DNA of 33,114 nucleotides from Basidiobolus ranarum (Eukaryota): NCBI GenBank assembly GCA_040143965.1, contig JASJQH010000078.1, positions 1 to 33,114 of the forward strand, read 5' to 3'. Shown piece by piece: positions 25,793 to 33,114 of this stretch (position 1 is its first letter; each line of letters starts with the position of its first letter). The notes under the pieces were generated by a model. It saw only the letters and a program-made list of their open reading frames with translations, ran no database searches and was not told where the DNA came from. The position numbers and the translations under genes were made by a program.

Positions 25793-27178
25793 TCATGGCA
25801 TCATAGGAGTGGTTGTGGGTGCAGCATTTTGTTGAGAAATTGAAACTTCTTGAGGATGGGACGTCGTGCCGGCACTAGTACTTGATTCAGGATGTCTCTC
25901 TACACACCAGTAGCGATGTCCATCCGACCAAGCCTTCGATTGACATGTTTTAGAGCAGTACTTGGCTTTACGGCATCGTCTACACTTGGAAAATTCCCTT
26001 GGGTATCTTTCCCACTTCCCGCATGTCATATTCGCGCATTGTCTAATCCCCCCTCGAGACTCGTCTTTACGACACGCATTTCGCATGATAATTGAAGCCC
26101 AGCACTGAATTTCTGCTGTATGCCCTCGACTGGTGAATTTTTCAACTAAACTAAAGAGATTACACTCAAACTCGGTATGAAGTCTTTGTCGAAGATGGGG
26201 ATATTTTGAGACATATGCTAACAGTTGAAGTGAAAGAAGAATGTCCTCCTCTCTATATAAAACCTCTTCAATTTTGTCGTTTGACGAGTTATCAACTAGA
26301 TTAGCACTAGAATGGCTAGGTGTCTCTTCGGGTGATGCATGTTCCAATTGAATCGGTATCTCAGCATTATTGCTACTGTCCTGATGTTGATAATTAGGGG
26401 CAGGTGATGGTGGCTGAGAATCTCCAGTATCTGGGTTGGTATCCAGATCTGGAACTACCGCCGTAGACACGTTATTGGGTTGGGTTAATAATGAAGTGAA
26501 TACAGGGGCGGAATTCTCATTATTCTCATCTCCACCGTTTTGTAGTTGTTGGGATGCCAGAGTACGACGTAAAGAGGGTAAACTGCGTCTGATCATTAGC
26601 ACATTATTTGGATCTTGTTGTCGTATCATACCAGCCATGTTAGTGTGCTGTGTAGTACTTTGCTGGGAGGGATCTTCAATCTGTGGCGCGGTATTAGTAC
26701 CAATTGGCGGTAATGATGCATTTGCATCGAAAGGGCTTTCGCTTATAAGAGTACTAGACGATGTATGTATTTCTTTGTCTTTCTCGGTCTTTACTTGCTC
26801 AAGGGCTTTAAGAAAGTGCTTCAAAATATTGATGACGACTTCAACCATTCCAGCATCTACAACTCGACAACGGATAGTCTCAGTTCCTCTAACGCCCACA
26901 TTAACTACACATTGGAAAGCCATCGACCATATCCAGGCCATTCGTTTATCATCTATCCTAGTAGTCTTCAATATGCGAATTAAGCGCTCCAGTCCACCAT
27001 CTTTAGTCATAATCTCCCTAATTCTCGGGGAAGTACTAGTTAGATATATGAGATGAGATAAGGAATTGATCAAAGGTAAAATGGCGGTACAATCCAGGGC
27101 TCGACGGTCATAAAGTGCCGAAGTTATTGTAACGCAGGCGCGGTTTTGGTTTGGAAAAGAAAAGTTTGACTCTCTCAT
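25793..27178 (-). CDS. MUB1: MYND zinc-finger protein Mub1/SamB
   Basis: Intronless ORF with MRESNFSFPNQNRACVTITSALYDRRALDCT, EEDILLSLQLLAYVSKY and MRNACRKDESRGGIRQCANMTCGKWE...CRRCRKAKYCSKTCQSKAW..HRYWC. Confidence 0.95.
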   Translation of the reverse strand: MRESNFSFPNQNRACVTITSALYDRRALDCTAILPLINSLSHLIYLTSTSPRIREIMTKDGGLERLIRILKTTRIDDKRMAWIWSMAFQCVVNVGVRGTETIRCRVVDAGMVEVVINILKHFLKALEQVKTEKDKEIHTSSSTLISESPFDANASLPPIGTNTAPQIEDPSQQSTTQHTNMAGMIRQQDPNNVLMIRRSLPSLRRTLASQQLQNGGDENNENSAPVFTSLLTQPNNVSTAVVPDLDTNPDTGDSQPPSPAPNYQHQDSSNNAEIPIQLEHASPEETPSHSSANLVDNSSNDKIEEVLYREEDILLSLQLLAYVSKYPHLRQRLHTEFECNLFSLVEKFTSRGHTAEIQCWASIIMRNACRKDESRGGIRQCANMTCGKWERYPREFSKCRRCRKAKYCSKTCQSKAWSDGHRYWCVERHPESSTSAGTTSHPQEVSISQQNAAPTTTPMMP

Positions 27179-27832
27179 TTCTGTGAAAAAGATTTAGTTA
27201 ACAAACTTCTACAAGTGACAAATATAAATAATTATTGAAAGTATTCCAGTAATTATATATATATGAGACAACTATAGATGACTCAATTATAAGAAAGGTA
27301 ATCCTATAGGTGTAAACCTCCCGTTCTAGTTTTCCGCAATGCGCAAGAAAGCTTTTCTTTAAAAGGAGTGATAGGGTTCGTTCGATACAACAGAGTTGAA
27401 GTGTTTCCTAGAAACAAGATGAGGAAGGATAATAGGTGTGGGGTTTAACGTCAGGTTGGCTGATACAATGCGTCGAATTCAATAGATTTAGTAGAGATCA
27501 GGTGACCTGGCAATACCGTGATGGTTTTTGGGTAGAAGCAGGTGAGAGAAAAATTTTATGGATGAAAAAAATAAACCAGGTGCAGAACACAGGAGGGTAA
27601 GAATGATTAGTCATTAAATTCGTTAATAATCCAATTGAGCAACATTTGTGATTCTAGAATATTGTCCGATGTCTATGATACAACATGGATCTGCGCTGTC
27701 TGCATAGATTTCTATTGGATAGGGCTGGTGATCGGGATTATTTCTTGATTTCGGGATATTTTCAATAAAACACAAGCATACATATACATAGCCACCATAG
27801 CATTATCCTTCAAACAAGTTTCTGGAGCCCAA

Positions 27833-27880
27833 GGAGAGGGGTAGGGGGAGGGATAAGGATAGGGATAGGGATAGGGATAG
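27833..27880 (+). repeat. Purine-rich tract with (ATAGGG)3
   Basis: ggagaggggtagggggagggataaggatagggatagggatagggatag. Confidence 0.8.
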
Positions 27881-28401
27881 AGACAGATGATGATGGTTTG
27901 ATTGCATGCTTGTTATGTGTGTACATAACACATGCTTATTCTTAGATGTTGATCATTTGATGAGGACTATATATGCTCTCGATAGGACACACGCCAATAT
28001 TTGCTGTCATCATGCTATCATCACTACCCTGTGCCTCTTTACAAGCATAAATAAGAAGCACATACATAATTTATACTAGGTTTAGTTTACTTGATTCCAA
28101 GCCTCCTTGTTACATTAATTCACTTGGTTTTATGCGGTCCTGAAGATTGTGGTATAAGCCCGTTCCCGTATTTTTATTGAGAGTTCAAAATCAAATATCA
28201 CTAGTATTTTAGCTTAAAATCTTAGATATTGCTTATTGAAGATTCATGTAATGGGCCATGTTTTTAAAAATTTTGTATATATTAGAAAGTTGAGATGAGT
28301 GTTATACAGTGAATTGTAACTAGAGAGCCAATATTTTTTATCACCCAACTGAAGAAGGATGAAAAGAGAAGACGATCCTAAACGCTTCAATTAGATTTAG
28401 T

Positions 28402-28785
28402 TCAGGCGGTATGTTGCTTGCTGGAATCGGTCTGTTGATTTTCTTCCACGGTTGGATTTTTGGCCTCTGAACGCAAGTCCCACAGGCGTTCAATCATGTC
28501 GTCATTCATTTTATCAAGAGAAGTAGTATCTAGCTTCTTTCCCAACAATACTCGCTTATCCTCAGTAGGAATCGTATTAGTTTGAGCTTGTAAATCGTAC
28601 AGATATTGGTGCCATTGGGTAACGAATCCTTTTAAGAATGTAGGATTTGATACGTCTTTGTGGCGACGAAACTCATCTTTAACATAATTGTCACCAAGGT
28701 AACGAAATTCTTCTGGTAGACGTCTGTGTACACGAAGAATGTGACGATACAGATGCAAAGGTGGTAAACGACGAAGTCCACTCAT
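28402..28785 (-). CDS. SDH7: LYR-motif succinate dehydrogenase assembly factor 3 (ACN9/SDHAF3)
   Basis: LPPLHLYRHILRVHRRLPEEFRYLGDNYVKDEFRRHK...FVTQWHQY...GKKLD matches the ACN9 family pattern. Confidence 0.93.
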   Translation of the reverse strand: MSGLRRLPPLHLYRHILRVHRRLPEEFRYLGDNYVKDEFRRHKDVSNPTFLKGFVTQWHQYLYDLQAQTNTIPTEDKRVLLGKKLDTTSLDKMNDDMIERLWDLRSEAKNPTVEENQQTDSSKQHTA

Positions 28786-29151
28786 ATTACTTTGATAAAA
28801 GCGTTGTAGAAGAATATAGAGTTAATATGAATGCTATCACATCTCTGAAATTGTAAAATTCTTTTTAATATTTGTCAAATTGCAACTACCTGCCGCAGTA
28901 TAAGTTTGATGGACGCAAATATAGAGTAGGGTTGCTATTTTATTACTATATTAATCAATAATGTTGAAAAGTTGTATATAATGGAATCGATTCTAATCAG
29001 TATGTTGTCAGTAGCGTCCAGCAACTGTTTATTCTAATGTGCGGATTTACTGATGAGTGGTTTGAAATTAAGTAACGGGGCAGCTCTAAATAAGTGGTGC
29101 AAAAAGGAGGGGGGTGACTGGCGGAATACACGAATGGCCAACAATGGTAGT

Positions 29152-29706
29152 TCACGTGTTTGCGGCAATAATTGGGATCTCATTAATTGGCCTTTGTTTT
29201 TTGTGCGTGCTCTGTATATGACAAGGATATTGCTCATTTGACGGATCCAATTCTCTTTTCTGTGGAGCTTTGGAAGCATTTTCTTGTATGTCAGCTGTTC
29301 TTACAACCCAATGAATACTCTGGAGTCCAGGATAATTTAGTACAATGTCCATGAGCCACTCACGGATATGTAAACCCTCATAAGCCTCCGAGATGTGAAT
29401 ATTACACAGATAAGCTAACCGAATGTAGTCGGTGGCGACTCGCGCAAATCCGATTTGGTAAACAGTCGGCATTCCAAGGCTACCGTACTCTTTAGGTAGA
29501 GTGACAAACAAACCAAAACACAGTGAAAAGTTGAGAATTCTCTTGAAATTATTTCTGCAAAGTGGCTCTTCGTTCTCCTTTAAAGAAGAGATGTACTCGT
29601 AAACAAAATTTAGATCAAGATTCCTTGGATCAGTGCTAATAAAATAATTCCCTCGAGTCCAGGTATACGCGTTACGTGTTACCGAAGAGTTGCTAGATGT
29701 GCTCAT
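29152..29706 (-). CDS. GNAT acetyltransferase-like protein with a degenerate acetyl-CoA motif
   Basis: First ATG at 29706. YFISTDPRNLDL, SLCFGLF and QIGFARVATDYIRLAYL match a recognisable GNAT subfamily. Motif A reads EAYEGLHIREWL. Confidence 0.78.
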   Translation of the reverse strand: MSTSSNSSVTRNAYTWTRGNYFISTDPRNLDLNFVYEYISSLKENEEPLCRNNFKRILNFSLCFGLFVTLPKEYGSLGMPTVYQIGFARVATDYIRLAYLCNIHISEAYEGLHIREWLMDIVLNYPGLQSIHWVVRTADIQENASKAPQKRELDPSNEQYPCHIQSTHKKQRPINEIPIIAANT

Positions 29707-30558
29707 ATTACACACCGAATGCAATAGTTGGAAGCAAATAATTGTTGTGAAGCGAACAGTAATCGAAATTGGATCAAGCGAGTCGCTTTTAAGTGTTGAG
29801 AGAACCAGATGTTATGAAACCCAAAGCTGGAGACGAAGTTAACTTACACTTCGTGTACACCAACAATACACGCCTCAGCTATCACTGCAGCCTGCTCCCC
29901 GCCTTGCTTGGCCATTGGGCCCACAATCGAGAAAATAATCAGCACATTCATTGATTTGTGATTTGTCGTGGATTGTAAGGTACTTGGACAATAGTTGCGA
30001 GGAATCTGGAGGGGGATTAGGCTATGAATGATCACTACATGTTTGATTGGAGAAGCCACGAGAATGAGTTAGTTAGATTTATTGAAAACAGAGCACTTGC
30101 AAGAGCATATTACCCAGCGGGTGTTACATGAGCCTGCATGCTACAAACCAGATCAACCTGGTTGTCAAATATCGAACTTACCCAGTGTTGCGACTGTGGA
30201 TCCAACGTGTGAGAAACAATGGATCTCATGGTCGACTCCAGCTAAGATTACAATTAGACTTCTGCAGCGCACGTCACAAACACTAGCATTAAACTCTTAT
30301 GCTTTCAATCTTGAGCAGATTGATTCACGAGTCTGCCACATCTGAACAAGTTATTATATCAAAACGGCGTCAATTAGTAAATGCATTATCGGGATCAAAA
30401 AGAAGTGTTGTCGAATAAATATTTTCTGGGGACTACAATTCAGGGGTATGTTTTTTTTACTACACAAAAGCAGATGGTTAAATAGCGGCCTGAGGCACTC
30501 CTTAGATCTTCCCTACTCTCCTCTCTCGATTGCCCTCTGTGGCCTGAAAAGCTAATTG

Positions 30559-30732
30559 GTAAGTAATTAAAAGGATTTTAATGCATTGAAAATGAGTAGA
30601 TATGATGTTCAAAATTGCTTTTGAATTTCTTCGCCTGAACTTTTATGTTGAGACATGACACCCCTGAACTACAATCATTTTCATTGAGCAGTTAGCCATT
30701 TATTGTCCATTGTACTAATTTCTCTACCTTAG
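30559..30732 (+). other. Spliceosomal intron of an apparently non-coding snoRNA host transcript
   Basis: Donor G|GTAAGT at 30559, branch TACTAAT at 30713-19, polypyrimidine tract and TAG acceptor at 30732. The flanks have no credible ORF. Confidence 0.75.
30596..30672 (+). ncRNA. Intronic box C/D snoRNA (#1)
   Basis: C box ATGATGT 30602-08, D' CTGA 30635-38, C' ATGTTGA 30645-51, D CTGA 30664-67. Terminal stem GTAG/CTAC, extended by TGAAAATGA(30587-95)/TCATTTTCA(30675-83). Confidence 0.82.
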
Positions 30733-30755
30733 TTGATTTAGGATGGCTTATTGCT

Positions 30756-30821
30756 GTACAATTGGACGGTTCCGCATGAAGATGATCTCTTCGGAGGGGT
30801 TCAACTCCCTTTATTGTACCA
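30756..30821 (+). ncRNA. tRNA-like element E1 (not a canonical tRNA)
   Basis: Acceptor-like stem GTACAAT/ATTGTAC, D-like hairpin TGGA-CGGT-TCCG, middle arm TGAAG-ATGATCT-CTTCG, T arm GAGGGG-TTCAACT-CCCTTT. Perfect B box GGTTCAACTCC at 30798-808. Confidence 0.6.
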
Positions 30822-30822
30822 C

Positions 30823-30913
30823 AGACTAATATGATGAACTATGTAAAATCAAAAGGCTTAACCATTGAGATGACTTCGGTCATCGTTGATACTTTGATTG
30901 TTCTGATCAGTCT
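30823..30913 (+). ncRNA. Box C/D snoRNA (#2)
   Basis: Terminal stem AGACT/AGTCT, perfect C box ATGATGA 30831-37, D box CTGA 30903-06. An internal GATGAC-TTCG-GTCATC cUUCGg hairpin sits between putative D' (TTGA) and C'. A T8 run follows at 30925-32. Confidence 0.82.
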
Positions 30914-30932
30914 ATATTGCTATATTTTTTTT

Positions 30933-30978
30933 GCATCTGGGTGGTCCCAATTCTTCAGGTTCGATTCCTGAGTTGTGC
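30933..30978 (+). ncRNA. tRNA-like element E2 (D hairpin plus T arm, no anticodon arm)
   Basis: GCAT...GTGC closing pairs, TGGG-TGGT-CCCA hairpin, TCAGG-TTCGATT-CCTGA T arm with a perfect B box GGTTCGATTCC. Confidence 0.55.
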
Positions 30979-31498
30979 TAATTTTAACAAATAAATCTAA
31001 ATTCACCCAGAAACTTATCACTTGAAACCTTGATGTGTGTATATATTTTATACATCTTTTATTACAAATAGAGAAAGTGAGAATCTCACTAGCAAATCAA
31101 AAATATAATCTGATTGGTTTTGGGTTCGGTGTCAATCTGTACTATAAGGTTACTTAACCATTAAGTTAAAAGAGAATTAAAATATTTCGATCAACATTCA
31201 AGGTTGACGTTAACAAGCAATTTACAAAATAAAAAAAAACATTTTTTTTTAGTTGTCACATAAGAATCGGGAAAAAAAACTGTAGTGAAAAAAAATTAGG
31301 AAAGACTATCTACGCGCTCTAAACGAGTAAGATTTCGTACAGCCGAAGCTTGAACCCAAAGAGGTGCACTAGTTATCAGTAGACTTTACCTCAATCTGTG
31401 GAGTTCGTTTCGGTGTGATTATTTGTTAAATAGTACTGCAAACCTTTTTGTCGATTCTTTTGAAAATAGAAAACCTACCCATAGGTTCATAAACAATC

Positions 31499-33114
31499 AT
31501 GAATATATCAAACCCGGTCAACGCCGAGATCAATGCCGTATCTTTTTCCTTCTACGATTCTGAGGAAGTAAAGAAGATATCGGTTAAGCACATCGTCAAC
31601 CCCCAGTTGCTCGACAACTTGAACCACCCTTCTAAAGGTGGTCTCTATGATCCCGCTCTTGGTCCTTTCACTAAGAATCATGTGTAAGTAGCTTATTCTA
31701 ACCCAGTTGGGAAGTTTATGTATGCTAATTCAAATACTGATTCTTTGTTACTTACTAGTTGCGCAACCTGCTCGTTGGATTACTTTTCTTGCCCTGGGCA
31801 TTTCGGTCACATTGAACTTCCTTGCCCAGTTACCAATCCGTTAGTTTTCAAATATATGTTTGGTCTTATGAGAGCCAAATGTTTCTATTGTCATCGTTTC
31901 AGAACTTCTAGAGCCGAGGTAATTTATTTCAGTAGTTTTTTAAACACCAAATTAGTGTTTAACCCATTTATTCTCTCAGAACGCACGTTATATTGCCAAG
32001 CTAAATTTACTCCAAGCTGGTTTGGTTTTGGAAGCTTTAGAGGTTGATAATATGGTGCCCAATTTCAAGAACAAGAAGTCCTCTGCTGATGATGAAGATG
32101 AATCTATTGAAGATATCAAGATCGAAACTGAAGAAGAATATATTGAAAGAATTGGTTAGTATTGTCAAAAATAGTATGTATCCACCTTAATGTATACTCT
32201 ATATTAACATAACAATCACAGAGTCTTTTGTCAAGCATTCTCTAGAAAACGCCTCTGACAGTGCTTCCAAGGATTATAAAGTAACTCTCATCAACGAAGA
32301 AAGAAGAAAAGTTCAAGCTGATTTCGTTAAGCGTGCTTGCGGAAAGAGAAGATGTGATAACTGCACAGGATATGCACCTTCTCTTCGTAATGATGGTTAT
32401 ACCAAAGTTTTCAAGCAACCCCTACCCAAGAAGTATCAAGCTGTTATGGATGCCAAGGGCATGACTGAGTCTGATGTTCTTCAGAAGAAGGCTAAACAAC
32501 CCAAGCGTCATTATGCCGATGCCGAGATGATGGATGTCGATGAGGAGGAGGAAGTTGCTGAGGCTGAATCTGAGATGGAAATAGCCTCTGAGAAGAAAAC
32601 TGCCCACACTTTTATGACCCCCCTTCATCTTCGTAACCATATAACTTTGTTGTTTGAGAATGAAGAGGAAATCTCCAATCTTTTGTACGGCAAATACGAT
32701 CCTATTAGTCAAACATATACCAAAGCTAGTCCCAATATGTTTTTCATTGAGGTTCTTCCAGTCCCTCCCACTCGTTTTAGACCTGCTTCCGTATTTGAGG
32801 ATGAGATTATGGAGAATCCTCAAAATGTTTACCTCGGTCAAGTGTTGGCCACTTGTAACAGACTCCGTGACATCAACGTTGCTGCCAGTGGTGGTAATGA
32901 TAAAATCGATGGTGTGAGCTTGGCTGCTACCGACACTAAGATGTTCTCAAACGTCATCAATACCTGGATCCAACTGCAACAAGATGTAAACAACCTGATT
33001 GACAGTTCCAAAAACCCTAATCTAGGAACTAATGGAGCTGCTCCTCCTCCTGGTATTCGTCAAACTCTTGAAAAGAAGGAAGGTTTGTTCAGAAAGCATA
33101 TGATGGGAAAGCGT
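31499..33114 (+). CDS. RPA190: RNA polymerase I largest subunit (5' part; runs off the window)
   Basis: Introns 31684-31758, 31919-31979 and 32155-32221. MNISNPV...GGLYDPALG, CATCSLDYFSCPGHFGHIELP, VLPVPPTRFRP and GIRQTLEKKEGLFRKHMMGKR are Pol I-type. Confidence 0.97.

Noticed and set aside
26436-27056. 206-aa + strand ORF and similar antisense ORFs over ARG8, LYS20, CTI6 and RPA190
   Set aside because: Antisense or alternate-frame shadows of well-supported genes, with no recognisable motifs.
30439-30447. TTCAGGGGT complementary to ACCCCTGAA around the D box of snoRNA #1
   Set aside because: Only 9 bp and includes the D box itself; compatible with chance.
30756-30978. tRNA-Sec, or one intron-containing tRNA spanning E1 to E2
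   Set aside because: The YGGT D-loops recall tRNA-Sec, but there is no TCA anticodon stem-loop, 6-bp D stem, long variable arm or G discriminator. No canonical D and anticodon arms can be assembled across the two elements.
31229-31297. A/T tracts and TGAAAAAAAATT upstream of RPA190 as an RRPE element
   Set aside because: Imperfect match in low-complexity sequence; cannot be distinguished from a generic poly(dA:dT) tract.

Overview
AT-rich, intron-rich eukaryotic DNA with short GT-AG introns and CTAAC-type branch points. Gene content and style point to an early-diverging fungus (Zoopagomycota/Mucoromycota-like; inference). I reconstruct 15 protein-coding genes: a secreted Gly-rich repeat protein missed by the ORF track, an MFS (DHA2) transporter, an alpha-arrestin, neutral ceramidase, TOP3 with a GRF/CCHC zinc-finger tail, an unknown 146-aa protein, a NUDT15-like Nudix hydrolase, CTI6, ARG8, an Ig-like multi-TM membrane protein, homocitrate synthase, MUB1, SDH7/ACN9, a degenerate bacterial-type GNAT and the 5' part of RPA190. 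The most interesting content is in two apparently intergenic regions. (1) 12520-13293 is a densely base-paired + strand region ending in a textbook box H/ACA domain, bounded by splice signals, and containing an 8-nt TTAGGG template-like motif. (2) 30559-31010 is an apparently non-coding spliced host with two box C/D snoRNAs, the second sandwiched between two minimal tRNA-like (D-loop/T-loop) structures. All RNA structures were folded by eye; no searches were run.
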